From an uncultured delta proteobacterium (lineage in GTDB: Bacteria > Desulfobacterota > Syntrophobacteria > BM002): a stretch of DNA of 64,000 nucleotides. Below, in pieces: positions 8,949 through 18,827 of this stretch. Numbering within the stretch: the stretch's first letter is position 1; every line of letters begins with the position of its first letter. The DNA lies in assembly GCA_963712115.1 (NCBI GenBank), contig CAVQGX010000046.1:64001-128000 (forward strand), written 5' to 3'. The position numbers were made by a program, and so were the translations under genes. The notes under the pieces are model-generated. The model had not been told where the DNA came from and ran no database searches. It was given only the letters and a program-made list of their open reading frames with translations.

Positions 8949-8962
8949 CTGGTCGTCTATGG

Positions 8963-9063
8963 TATTTAAGAATTAAGATTGTAGATTTTAGATTTACGCA
9001 TAGTGCCTAGGGGGAGACATGAAATTCCGAGTTACCCAATCTACAATCCTCGGTAATCCATCC
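8963..9063. repeat. Inverted heptamer arms (ATTGTAG / CTACAAT family)
   Basis: aattaagattgtagattttagatt ... ccaatctacaatcc between convergent genes. Confidence 0.55.
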
Positions 9064-9118
9064 CCGCGACGATCATTTTGCGCCTTGTGGCGAAAGACTG
9101 CACTGCTGATTGTGGTCT

Positions 9119-10252
9119 TTAAAAAAGTGCTTGGTACATGGGCATCCGCTGCGTGACCCGCTGGAGGTAGTCCCTTGTCTCTTGAGGTGTCCGTTGTCGG
9201 AGAACCACGTAAAGCTGCTCTGGAGTCATGTTAGAGGTGGGATACCGACGGATGATCTTACGCTGGATAGAAGTGGGGCCCCAGTTGTAACCACAAATGG
9301 AAAGATACAGATTCTTCACCGGGTGCGTTTCTGTGGCGAAATGCTTGTAGATTAATAAGTTTAGATAGGCCGTTCCCAATTCGATATTGTTTGTGGGCTG
9401 GTAAAGGTAGTTGGCGGGAAGGACCCTATCATGTCCATAGACATACTGATAAGCTTCCCTCGCCCCATAAATTGGCACGAGTTGCATGAGTCCATAGGCC
9501 GGGACATGGGATCGTGCCAGGGGATCGAAATATGACTCAGTGTGCATTACTGCCATCACCAACTCTGGTCGCAAGCGAAATCTTTGGGATTGCCGTTTTA
9601 CTTCAGTGATATAGGGTCGTGCCCGCACTTCGGTATGATCGGGGATCAGTTTCATGGGGACAGAGAGCTTGTATCGGGGCAAACCATCTTTACCTAAGAG
9701 AGGTTTTGGGTCGCGCTTGAGTCGTGGAAAAATTTCTTCATTGAGATAGCGATCCAGGTTTTGTTGAGTGACAGGTTGTCCACTGCTATCGACGATTTGC
9801 CCTGCCAGGATGGAACGCCCAGAGGGGTTGTTGGATGAAAGGGCCTTGGCCAACTGCCTCCTAATCCGCTCTTTGCTTAGCTCGGTGATCCGGGTCTCGC
9901 TGGTCTTAATCATGGTAGCTAAAACCATGTCACCGTTTTCGAAGTTCACATAGGAACGAGTGGAGTACTGGTCACTGTAATCCACCCATTCTTTTTTTGT
10001 GGTGGTGAGGCTATCTAGCCAGATGCGGTCAATCTCCGCCACCATCCGCTCCCAGGCTTTCTGCTGTTCCCGGAGCATTTGCTGCCACTCCTGCTCCGTC
10101 TCTATAAACAAGTCTTCCCCTTCTTTGGTTAATTCCTCCCATTGCTCTTGTTGAAGTCTTTGATCTTCTTCAAAGTCTTCCTTCTGACCGGAGGCCATTG
10201 TAACCGTGAAAACCAAAATAGCAGTCAGGCAAATTGCCAATAATTCTCGCAT
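9119..10252 (-). CDS. Lytic murein transglycosylase, MltC-like (DUF3393 + SLT domain)
   Basis: AVMHTES.F.P.ARS..PAYGLMQLVP, NIELGTAYL, YNWG; signal peptide. Confidence 0.85.
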   Translation of the reverse strand: MRELLAICLTAILVFTVTMASGQKEDFEEDQRLQQEQWEELTKEGEDLFIETEQEWQQMLREQQKAWERMVAEIDRIWLDSLTTTKKEWVDYSDQYSTRSYVNFENGDMVLATMIKTSETRITELSKERIRRQLAKALSSNNPSGRSILAGQIVDSSGQPVTQQNLDRYLNEEIFPRLKRDPKPLLGKDGLPRYKLSVPMKLIPDHTEVRARPYITEVKRQSQRFRLRPELVMAVMHTESYFDPLARSHVPAYGLMQLVPIYGAREAYQYVYGHDRVLPANYLYQPTNNIELGTAYLNLLIYKHFATETHPVKNLYLSICGYNWGPTSIQRKIIRRYPTSNMTPEQLYVVLRQRTPQETRDYLQRVTQRMPMYQALF

Positions 10253-10487
10253 AACCCACCTACACCAGGAGAAGGACAGAAGTCTATTTGCTACGGTTTA
10301 GCCATTGGCTGTGCCGAATTTTGGGCATTATCCCCTTTCAGAGTCATTGAGTCAACCACAGGCAAAGTAGAACTTTACTGGTTCCAATACTTGGGTTAAT
10401 TCGTTATAATCCTTCCACGAAAAGTCAGAGGATACTTTTTTGAGGCCTGTTAATACCACTGACACCGCCAGAACAGAAGGTTTTCCC

Positions 10488-10925
10488 ATGCCGCAGGTTG
10501 GTCCCGGAACATACGTCACTATCGAATATGACGCCTTCCTGGAGTCTGGGACAAGAGTGCTCGGCACCAATAAGAAGGATCCCCTGGTCTTTCGTTTTGG
10601 TTCGGGTGAGGTCTTTCCTAAAATAGAGGAGCAGATTATCGGACTCAATCCTGGAACTGAAAGGGAATTTATGCTTGAGCCCGATGAAGCCTTTGGTAAG
10701 TTTGATGAGACCAGGGTTCTGCGCGTACCACTGGAAGAATTTCCTAAGGGCAAAAAACTCAAGAAAGGCACCCTCCTCCAGGTGGAAATATCAGCAGGCG
10801 AAACAGGTCTTTGTTTCGTAGGTGACATCCAGGATGACTATTTCGTCCTCGATTTCAACCATCCCTTAGCCGGAAGAACTCTTAAATATCGGATAAGAGT
10901 TGTGGACGTCCACCAGATCACTTAA
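10488..10925 (+). CDS. FKBP-type peptidyl-prolyl isomerase (SlyD/SlpA-like, no His-rich tail)
   Basis: PL.FRFGSG, PDEAFG, DFNHPLAGRTL motifs. Confidence 0.9.
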   Translation: MPQVGPGTYVTIEYDAFLESGTRVLGTNKKDPLVFRFGSGEVFPKIEEQIIGLNPGTEREFMLEPDEAFGKFDETRVLRVPLEEFPKGKKLKKGTLLQVEISAGETGLCFVGDIQDDYFVLDFNHPLAGRTLKYRIRVVDVHQIT

Positions 10926-10968
10926 CCCGGTTTGGCTTTGCAACATTAGGGTTAAGTTGAAGGCTGCC

Positions 10969-11991
10969 TTACTTTTTCTGCTCCTTAGCACTGTAAAGCA
11001 TCTCGTCAGCTTTCCTCAGGAGAGAGTGAGGATCCTCTACTCCAACATCTCCTATTGAAGAGATCCCATAACTGACCGAAACCGATATCTGCTCGCCACC
11101 AGCATCCATAGGGTTTCTGTGAAAATAGTTTTGCAGCCGCTGAATAAGGAGGAGACACTCTTGGGTGCTTGTACCCGGGAGAATGATTACAAATTCATCC
11201 CCTGCATACCTGGAGACCAAATCGCTATCACGAGTCAGCTCCTCAAGAACTTCCGCGACATATTGCAATAATTCGTCACCTCGGTCGTGGCCATAGTTGT
11301 CATTCACAGCCTTGAAATCATCTAAGTCCAAAAATGCCAGGGTTAGGGTGGACTTATATCGCTCAGCCCTTTTATATTCGCGCTTGAGCACCTTCTCCAT
11401 CACCCTCCGATTGACAAGACCTGTAAGGGGATCTCTCCAGGCGAACCATTTTAATTTTTCATGGGCTGTAACGTTGGATAGGCAGATGGACACCTTGACT
11501 GCGAGTTGCTCCAGCAATCGAGTGTCCATTCCAGGTCGATACCTTAGCCTGGAAAGATCTGCCTGGTTCAGGCTGCCAATGACTTCACCATCAAGGGTTA
11601 TGGGGGCGATGGCAAGAGAGCGAATGAAGTACATTTGGCCCTGGGGAAGAAGCTGGTAATAGGGTTTAAGGTCGCCACTAATGAGGATTGGTTTGGTCTC
11701 GTTCTCGATGAGGTTAAGAAAACTGTTCTTGCTTATAACGTTCAACCGCTCTTTGAGGATTTTCGATGCCTCCAGAGTTTTGATCAGGTCTGATACCTCG
11801 CTTTTGTCTATCATAGATATCCAGACATAGGGTACACCGAATTTTTCTCTAATCTCTGTGAGCAGCTTTTCAAAGAGATCCTTGAAGTTAAGGATAGACA
11901 AGATACTGACCTCGATTTCAAAAAATTTCTGAGCAATTTCTTCGTTTACCCTCAGGGTCTCAACTAGATCTTCTTCCATACGATTAGTCAT
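10969..11991 (-). CDS. Sensor diguanylate cyclase (GAF/DUF484-like + GGDEF)
   Basis: DPLTGLVNRR, DLDDFKAVNDNYGHDRGD, RxxD I-site (RDSD), RYAGDEF. Confidence 0.9.
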   Translation of the reverse strand: MTNRMEEDLVETLRVNEEIAQKFFEIEVSILSILNFKDLFEKLLTEIREKFGVPYVWISMIDKSEVSDLIKTLEASKILKERLNVISKNSFLNLIENETKPILISGDLKPYYQLLPQGQMYFIRSLAIAPITLDGEVIGSLNQADLSRLRYRPGMDTRLLEQLAVKVSICLSNVTAHEKLKWFAWRDPLTGLVNRRVMEKVLKREYKRAERYKSTLTLAFLDLDDFKAVNDNYGHDRGDELLQYVAEVLEELTRDSDLVSRYAGDEFVIILPGTSTQECLLLIQRLQNYFHRNPMDAGGEQISVSVSYGISSIGDVGVEDPHSLLRKADEMLYSAKEQKK

Positions 11992-12011
11992 TGTTCATCC
12001 AACATTTCTTT

Positions 12012-12407
12012 GTGCTCGCTGCGCTCCGCTCAGCTCCCTGCCAGATCTCCTTCGGAGATGTCCGTTGTCCGTCGTTCAAGTCGATCTATCATCCGGCTTC
12101 GCCGGATTCGTTCAAACCGTTGAAATCGTTAAAGTCGTTTGAATCGTTCAAATCGTAAAGGCTCAAGGAGCCAGTAGCAAGAATGAAAGAACACTCTTTA
12201 TGTTTTTGCCTCCTGGATTCTGAATTCTGACTCCTGGATTCTTTTTCAACGTCGCCTGATGACTCCTCTGGGTATTACCAAATCCGCAATTCGAAATTCT
12301 GTCCTCTGACCTCCGACTTCTGACCTCTGATCTCTCTCTTCCCCATGCTCTATGCTCTATGCCTCTTACGCGACGGACCACTGACTCCTTGGTGCCTAGT
12401 GCCTAGT
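12012..12407. repeat. Dense stack of several 7-9 nt tandem-repeat arms and small hairpins
   Basis: (TCGTTCAAA)n, (CTCCTGG/ATTCTGA)n, (TGACCTC)n, (CTCTATG)n, (GTGCCTA)n; hairpins atccggcttcgccggat and ctccttcggag. Confidence 0.75.
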
Positions 12408-12432
12408 TAAAATAACTGCCTGTTGCTATACT

Positions 12433-13614
12433 CTACTTACCCTCTAAAAGAGTCCCCGGAACTATGGCCTCATCACCGAATTTTTCTGAGATAGTGTCAA
12501 GGGCCTTGTTCAGTCTCCTCCTCTTATCCGGTTCTTCCACTGCAAAAAGAGCAAGCTGCTTTGTTTCATCCGAGTCACTGAGCTGCGACAAAGATATACC
12601 AAAGAGCCTTACCGGCCTTCTGCCCACCTCGGTCTTCCCCAAGAGATCACAACAAGTCTGAAATATCTTTCTGCTGTCATCCGTTGGCTCTCCGAGGGTA
12701 ATTGAGCGGGTAATTTGGACAAAGTCGTAATACTTCACTTTGAGGGTTACTGTCTTGCCGACTAAACCGTAACCTCGAAGTCTTTTCGCCACCCTGGTGG
12801 CAAGAGAAAGTAGTTGTTTTCTTGCCTCTGCTAAATCGGAGATGTCCATGGGATAAGTGTCCTCATGGCCAATGGACTTGACCTCCCGCTCCGGCTCCAC
12901 CTCCCTTTGGTCAACTCCCTTGGCCAGGAGATAGAGATGCAAGCCTTGTTTTCCCAACTTCCTCACCAAAAGCTTTGAGGAAAGAAGGCCTAGATCTCCA
13001 ATGGTTTTTACCCCCAGATGTGCAAGGATCTTGCGAGTTGCCTTCCCCACTCCCCACAGCTTTTCAATTGGCAGTGGTTCCAGGAATTCTTCCACTTTTC
13101 CTTCCGGCACAATGGTGAGCCCATCGGGCTTTTGCATGTCAGAGGCGATCTTGGCCACAAATTTGCTGGGAGCAACCCCGGCAGAAACCGTAAGTCCCGT
13201 CTCCTCGACCACCTGTTCCTTGATCTTTCTGGCAATCTCCTCCGGGGGTCCGAAAAGACGGGTGGAGCCAGTAACATCCAAGAAGGCCTCATCCAATGAT
13301 AGAGGCTCAATTAGAGGGCTAAAAAGCTGAAAAATTTTAAAAATCTGCTGTGAAACCTCCTGGTATCTCCACATTCTCACCGGCAGGAAAACCCCCTGGG
13401 GACACAGTCGTGCGGCAGTGGCAATTGGCTGAGCTGAATGGACGCCAAACTTCCGGGCCTCATAGGAGGCCGATGAGACTACACCTCTCTCTTTGCTGCC
13501 GCCAACAATAACCGGTTTTCCTCTCAACTCGGGACTATCCAAAACCTCTACGGCAGCATAGAAGGCATCCATGTCGAGGTGAATGATTGCTCTGGTCCAG
13601 CTAGAAGTCTCCAT
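12433..13614 (-). CDS. dinB: DNA polymerase IV (Y-family)
   Basis: IIHLDMDAFYAAVE, SYEARKFGV, SLDEAFLD, C-terminal clamp motif QLALF. Confidence 0.95.
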   Translation of the reverse strand: METSSWTRAIIHLDMDAFYAAVEVLDSPELRGKPVIVGGSKERGVVSSASYEARKFGVHSAQPIATAARLCPQGVFLPVRMWRYQEVSQQIFKIFQLFSPLIEPLSLDEAFLDVTGSTRLFGPPEEIARKIKEQVVEETGLTVSAGVAPSKFVAKIASDMQKPDGLTIVPEGKVEEFLEPLPIEKLWGVGKATRKILAHLGVKTIGDLGLLSSKLLVRKLGKQGLHLYLLAKGVDQREVEPEREVKSIGHEDTYPMDISDLAEARKQLLSLATRVAKRLRGYGLVGKTVTLKVKYYDFVQITRSITLGEPTDDSRKIFQTCCDLLGKTEVGRRPVRLFGISLSQLSDSDETKQLALFAVEEPDKRRRLNKALDTISEKFGDEAIVPGTLLEGK

Positions 13615-13679
13615 GGAGTTAGTAACCCACTATTCAGAATTCTATTTTTCCAGTCTGCTTGTTTGGCCGGTTTGCCTAC

Positions 13680-14549
13680 TTACAACCCCCTCATCCATTC
13701 AGGTTTCAGATCAATTTCACCCCGCAGTGCCGCATCAATGAGATTCAAAGTCTTCTCCCGGTCTTTAGGCAACCTGGCCTTGACTGGCAGGTAATTGGAG
13801 GCATGGTTCGACATGAAAAGACCCCCACTTAGATGAGTGTGCTCGAACATTTCTCGCAATTCCAGGAGAAGCTCACGGGTGTCAGGAAGTTCGAATCGAC
13901 CTGCCCTATAAGCATCTTCAAGGGGTGTGTTTGGCAGGATCATTACGGTTAGAGCACCTATATAATTTGGATCCATGGCGCTGAGAAGTTTTCCTGTTGC
14001 CCTGGCGTGTTTGAGGGAGTCCGAGGGACCAGCAATTCCCAGGAGAACCGTCACCGAAAGCTTGATCCCGGCCTCCTTTATTCTTCTCCCCTGTTTGATC
14101 AGGTTTTCTGCCGTGGTCCCTTTGCAGACCTGCCTAAGTGTTTCGTCATCGCCGCTTTCAACACCCAGATAAAGAATACCAAGGCCCTTTTCCTTAAGCT
14201 GAACCAAATCCTCATCACTTTTCATCTTGACGCTCTTGGCATTGGCATAGGCGCCAACCCTTCTCACCCAAGGGAGGTGCTCTTTGATCATGTCCAATAT
14301 CCACACCAGCTTTCGCTGTGGAATTATTAGTGCATCTCCATCCATTAGGAATAGCCGATGTTGATTGCCCATGTATTTCGAGGCAAACCGTATATCCGCC
14401 ATAATGGTGTGGTCATCTTTAATGGTGAAACGCTTATCTTTATAAGTCCCACAAAAGGTACACTTATTATGAGAACACCCTAGTGTCACTTGGAGCAGGA
14501 TGCTGAATGCTTCGCTGGGGGGGCGAATGATGGTTCCTTCGTAGTTCAT
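13680..14549 (-). CDS. Radical SAM protein of unknown function (alternative start 14567)
   Basis: IIRPPSEA..ILLQVTLGCSHNKCTFC (CxxxCxxC), SNHASNY. Confidence 0.9.
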   Translation of the reverse strand: MNYEGTIIRPPSEAFSILLQVTLGCSHNKCTFCGTYKDKRFTIKDDHTIMADIRFASKYMGNQHRLFLMDGDALIIPQRKLVWILDMIKEHLPWVRRVGAYANAKSVKMKSDEDLVQLKEKGLGILYLGVESGDDETLRQVCKGTTAENLIKQGRRIKEAGIKLSVTVLLGIAGPSDSLKHARATGKLLSAMDPNYIGALTVMILPNTPLEDAYRAGRFELPDTRELLLELREMFEHTHLSGGLFMSNHASNYLPVKARLPKDREKTLNLIDAALRGEIDLKPEWMRGL

Positions 14550-14737
14550 GCCCTCGGATTCTCTCATCTTATTCCCTCTTCCAAGCTAGCAGGATTCAGT
14601 CTGTCAAGATTTTATCACAATGTGCATAGGGAGAAACTGATAGCTGACCACTGAAAGCTTAACTGGTATATTAGGTGCTTCCACCTTTTTTGGAAAGACT
14701 TTTCAAAAGTTAGGTTCTGGCTGTGACCATTGCACTG

Positions 14738-16240
14738 ATGAAAAAATCCAGAGTTCTCGTGCTTACCGCCGCCTTACTGGCGGTTTTCTTAGGTGCCCTG
14801 GATGCTCTCATCATTGGGGCAGCAATGCCCACCATCATTGCCGACCTGGGGGGCCTAGAGCTCTACAGTTGGGTTTTCTCAGCCTACATGCTGACCCGCA
14901 CCATTGCCTTGCCCTTGTTCGGCAAATTAGCTGATCTCTACAGCAGTAAAAAACTCTTCGTTTTTGCGGTGGGAACTTTTCTCATGGGCTCCTTACTAGC
15001 GGGCATGGTGGATAGTATGCCACAGCTTGTGTTCTTGCGGGCCTTACAGGGCATCGGGGCGGGGGGAAATTTCGCCCTCGCCTACATCGTGGTCTCTGAA
15101 GTGTCTTCGCCAGAGGAGCGCGGCCGGATGATGGGACTTATCAGCTTCGTCTGGGGAGTCTCATCCGTTTTGGGTCCGATTATGGGGGGCTTGATTGTCA
15201 CTTATCTAACTTGGCCTTGGGTGTTCTACATTAACCTGCCTGTCGGCGGTTTGGCAGTTTTTTGTATCCTTCGATATTTCCAGGAATCGCGCCAGAAAAA
15301 GAGTGGTGCTACTGTTGACTACCTAGGCGCCTTTGCTTTGACTACTTCAATCCTGGCCTTGTTATTTGCCTTCCTCCTCTTAGGTGAGGCTCACGTCTGG
15401 TATTCACCAGACCTGATTGCTCTTGTTGTGCTTTCTGCCTCTGCGGGCGGTCTTTTCTGCTACGCTGAAAAAAGGGCCTCGGAGCCAATCCTACCCCTGC
15501 ATTTCTTGCGGACACCCGGTTTTACTTTGCCCAACGGAGCTGCCTTTTGCAGCAGTTTTGCAATATTTTCCCTCCTGGCTTTCCTTCCCCTCTTCATTCA
15601 GGGTACTCTGGGAAGAACCGCCGCAGAGCTTGGCCTGGTAATGGTACCCCTGAGCTTGGGGTGGTCGGCCGGTGCATTGGTATGCGGCTTTGTTGTGAAC
15701 CGACTCGGAGAGAAACTATCTGGTGTGGTGGGAGCAATTCTCATGTTTGTCAGTATTGCTCTGACTTTAACCTTCAACTCGGATACAGGTCTATTTTATT
15801 TTAGTATGGTTGTTTGCCCCATCGGTATTGGTATGGGATTTGTCTCCGTTTCCACCTTACTCAAGGTACAAAACAGCTTACACGAGAAAGACCTGGGCAT
15901 TGCCACATCTTCACAACAATTTGCCAGAACCTTGGGGGGAACTATAGGAATTGGTTTTTCCGGCGCTCTGGTATCCCATTACATTGACAAGTCGATCAAC
16001 AGCCTGCTGAACTCTCCGCTGCGCTCGGAGATACCACCAGATATGGCGACTCAGCTCTCCCAAAATCTGCAAGAATTTCTTCGTCCAGAAATTGTGGAAT
16101 CCCTTTCTACCAAGGCTATTACAGCCATCCGGGCATCTATTGGCGAGGGGGTGGAAGCTGTTTTCTGGACGGCATTGCTTGTATCTTCTCTCAGCATTAT
16201 AATGTGTAAAATGATGCCGGAAAGGAAAGTTGTACGGTGA
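14738..16240 (+). CDS. MFS drug:H+ antiporter (DHA2, EmrB/QacA-like; start may be GTG 14723)
   Basis: 14-TM-type hydrophobicity; GKLADLY, RALQGIGAG, WPWVFYINLPVG. Confidence 0.9.
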   Translation: MKKSRVLVLTAALLAVFLGALDALIIGAAMPTIIADLGGLELYSWVFSAYMLTRTIALPLFGKLADLYSSKKLFVFAVGTFLMGSLLAGMVDSMPQLVFLRALQGIGAGGNFALAYIVVSEVSSPEERGRMMGLISFVWGVSSVLGPIMGGLIVTYLTWPWVFYINLPVGGLAVFCILRYFQESRQKKSGATVDYLGAFALTTSILALLFAFLLLGEAHVWYSPDLIALVVLSASAGGLFCYAEKRASEPILPLHFLRTPGFTLPNGAAFCSSFAIFSLLAFLPLFIQGTLGRTAAELGLVMVPLSLGWSAGALVCGFVVNRLGEKLSGVVGAILMFVSIALTLTFNSDTGLFYFSMVVCPIGIGMGFVSVSTLLKVQNSLHEKDLGIATSSQQFARTLGGTIGIGFSGALVSHYIDKSINSLLNSPLRSEIPPDMATQLSQNLQEFLRPEIVESLSTKAITAIRASIGEGVEAVFWTALLVSSLSIIMCKMMPERKVVR

Positions 16241-16779
16241 TACCCACTGAGAAAGAATGTTACGATCTGATGGATCAGTACCGGATGTTGGACAACGTTA
16301 GAGAGCACAGTATTGTGGTAGCTGAGATTGTCAGGGCCATCTCTCAAGGCCTTGTGACTTCCGGAGTGCAGATTTCGGTAGATAAGGCAGTAGCAGGGGC
16401 TTTGCTGCACGACATCGCTAAGACCCAGTGTCTCCAAACAGGTGGGGATCACGCCGCCCTTGGTAGGGAAATATGTTTACAACACCACTTAGATGAAATC
16501 GCCGACATCGTCGCTGAGCACGTTTGGCTGAAGAGCTACTCCCTCGATGGAGTGTATTCCGAAAAAGAAATTGTCTACTATGGAGACAAGAGGATTTTAC
16601 ACACCTCAGTAGTCAGTCTGGATGAGAGGATGCATGACATCATAGATCGCTACGGTAGGAATGACTCCAGACTCACACAACTGGTACGGATGAATTTTGA
16701 TATTTGCCAAGGGATTGAAAGGAAGTTGTTTAAAAGACTGGATTTCAGGCCTGAAGAATTGACCAGGATGATCTTGTAG
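16237..16779 (+). CDS. HD-domain (HDIG-type) phosphohydrolase
   Basis: REHS..ALLHDIAK..DHA..EH..YGDKR. Confidence 0.85.
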   Translation: MIPTEKECYDLMDQYRMLDNVREHSIVVAEIVRAISQGLVTSGVQISVDKAVAGALLHDIAKTQCLQTGGDHAALGREICLQHHLDEIADIVAEHVWLKSYSLDGVYSEKEIVYYGDKRILHTSVVSLDERMHDIIDRYGRNDSRLTQLVRMNFDICQGIERKLFKRLDFRPEELTRMIL

Positions 16780-16800
16780 CTTGAATAACCTGCACGACTG

Positions 16801-16998
16801 TCATTCTTCCACCCAACAAATACAGCCGGTAGGGCAGAAATTGATGGCCTCCTGAACCTCCAGCTCAGGGTAACTGTCACATTCGATCACCTCAATGTAA
16901 CCCATGCTTTCATTGTGGCAGAATACCTCAGGACAGACTTCTACGCAGCCATCACATTCGACACATTCACCCAAGTCAACCTCAGGAACCTTCGCCAT
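16801..16998 (-). CDS. Single-cluster ferredoxin
   Basis: CVECDGCVEVCPEVF ... CPTGCI; GGAAGG RBS. Confidence 0.9.
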   Translation of the reverse strand: MAKVPEVDLGECVECDGCVEVCPEVFCHNESMGYIEVIECDSYPELEVQEAINFCPTGCICWVEE

Positions 16999-17026
16999 AA
17001 ATTATCAGCCTTCCAATTAGACCATA

Positions 17027-17112
17027 GAATATCGAATGTAGAACAAGGAACCGCAGAATAATGAAGTGATTACTTCGAAATTCGATATTTCTTGTTCGAT
17101 ATTCTGCGGTTT
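17027..17112. repeat. Inverted heptamer arms (AATATCG / TTCGATA family)
   Basis: gaatatcgaatgtagaacaaggaaccgcagaataatgaag vs cttcgaaattcgatatttcttgttcgatattctgcggtt; abuts the stop codon of the SDR gene. Confidence 0.8.
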
Positions 17113-17845
17113 AACTCGCCGGATCCTTCCCAATCCAATCCCTGGCTTCCAAGCTCTGTCCATTAATATGAGTATCAGCCCTGGCCAGCCAGACAAAAAC
17201 CGGGGAGATATCTTCCGGAGCGGGCAAGGTCTTGGGATCTTCCTGGGGATAGGCTGCAGCCCTCATCTGGGTGCGGGTTCCTCCCGGATTTACTGCATTA
17301 ACCCTTATGTTTTCTCCCAGCAACTCCTGGGCCCAAACCTGAGTTAACCCCTCCACCCCGAACTTGCTCACCACATAAGCTCCCCACTCAGCACGGCCCA
17401 CGCGGCCTACTCCGCTAGAGATAAATATCACTGAGGGATGGTCACCTTTCCTCAGGAGCGGTAAGAGTTTCTGGGTAAGGAGAAACGGGACGGCGAGATT
17501 GATCCGGATGACTTCATCCCACTCTTTCTGAGGATAGGTAGCCAACGGAGTCTTGGGACCTAGAATCCCTGCACTATGAACCAGTACGTCCAGTTTGTCA
17601 TGTAGCCTGACGAACCTCTCAACCAGTGCTTCCGATCCTCCAAGGGTGTTCAGATCAGCGGCAATACAGTTATGCTTCGGCGATTCTGGCAAGCTTGCCA
17701 AACACTTACGCAGTGTTGCCTTGTCTCTACCGTGGAGCGTGACAATTGCCCCATTATCTGCAAAGACCCGGGCAATTCCCAGACCGATCCCCCGACTAGA
17801 GCCAGTGATCAAACAGACCCTGCCGGCTAAAAGCTCATTAGCCAT
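17111..17845 (-). CDS. Short-chain dehydrogenase/reductase, YciK-like
   Basis: TGSSRGIG, WGAYVVSK, NPGGTRTQMRAAAYP. Confidence 0.9.
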   Translation of the reverse strand: MANELLAGRVCLITGSSRGIGLGIARVFADNGAIVTLHGRDKATLRKCLASLPESPKHNCIAADLNTLGGSEALVERFVRLHDKLDVLVHSAGILGPKTPLATYPQKEWDEVIRINLAVPFLLTQKLLPLLRKGDHPSVIFISSGVGRVGRAEWGAYVVSKFGVEGLTQVWAQELLGENIRVNAVNPGGTRTQMRAAAYPQEDPKTLPAPEDISPVFVWLARADTHINGQSLEARDWIGKDPAS

Positions 17846-17919
17846 TATCCAAGACCTCTCTTTTTACCCAAAACTTACCGGGTAAAAAGTGGGTAAAAAT
17901 ATGTATATCACTTGTGTTG

Positions 17920-18669
17920 TCAAACTATTAGATTTGCCAGGGAATTATCGAGTTTGTCCACTATCCGGTCAACTCTTTCTTTGTCACCCGTACTGAGAAC
18001 ATGGCTAACAATTTCGAATTTAAGCTTAACAGCCCTCTGCAACCCCAGCGAGATGGAGGCCAGCAAAAAGCTCAAATCAGAGAAATACTCTTGATGAAAC
18101 TTGTCGTGCCATGGTACCAGTTCTTCTGATATTGCCTCAATTCTATCGGATGTTTGCAGAAGCAATGCATCCTCCACCAATGCATCTCCCTCCAACTCTA
18201 CGTATGGGCAGTAGTCCAAGTGGAAGTCAACAACCTCCTGCGGCAGCGAAACTCCCAACCTTTGCCACTGCCGCTGGCTGAGGGTCTTTGCCTGTCGGCT
18301 CTGTTCTGCCTTTTTCCGGTAATGCTCTTCTGTCCAAAGTCCATAGGCCCTGCAACCAAAAAATCTGTTCCGATAAATTAAACAGTTCTGACCTTCCAAA
18401 AATGGACACGATAGAATCTCAACCGGGTTCAAAAAGAAATAGCGGATCAGTCGTCTGTTCATCCACAACCTTTGCTCGGGTTTCATCTCCAGCAGCTGTT
18501 GAACTGCTGACAGGGCCTCGAGCAAATTCATCTCAGGAAGAAGAGAGCAGCAGTGCGTTCGCCGTCGGCACCGTGTACCCGGCAATTGAGCATAGGCCTC
18601 TTTCAAGGCCGACCTGTGCTCAGTTGATCTCTCTAGTAGCGCTCCTATCACTTCGCTGGAAAATGCCAC
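17920..18669 (-). CDS. YkgJ-family Cys-cluster protein
   Basis: CRRRTHCC ... CPFL...C.IY..R.FGCR.YG. Confidence 0.75.
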   Translation of the reverse strand: MAFSSEVIGALLERSTEHRSALKEAYAQLPGTRCRRRTHCCSLLPEMNLLEALSAVQQLLEMKPEQRLWMNRRLIRYFFLNPVEILSCPFLEGQNCLIYRNRFFGCRAYGLWTEEHYRKKAEQSRQAKTLSQRQWQRLGVSLPQEVVDFHLDYCPYVELEGDALVEDALLLQTSDRIEAISEELVPWHDKFHQEYFSDLSFLLASISLGLQRAVKLKFEIVSHVLSTGDKERVDRIVDKLDNSLANLIV

Positions 18670-18768
18670 TCGAACTCAACCTCTTTTGGCAGGCAGCGCC
18701 AATTATTCAGCCCATGGAGTTGGATTGAAAAACGCCTCAAACTTACGGATGTCTGCATTTTAGTTTCT

Positions 18769-18827
18769 ACATTACTCCAGTACTCCACTACTCCATTACT
18801 CCAGTTCCTTGCTGCCTGCTGCCTTCT
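18769..18827. repeat. Orphan right arms (ATTACTCC)x4 and (TGCTGCC)x2
   Basis: attactccagtactccactactccattactcc; directly after the stop of the OYE gene. Confidence 0.75.

Noticed and set aside
12012-12407. CRISPR array
   Set aside because: Units are 7-9 nt with no constant 25-40 nt repeat, no regular spacers and no cas genes.
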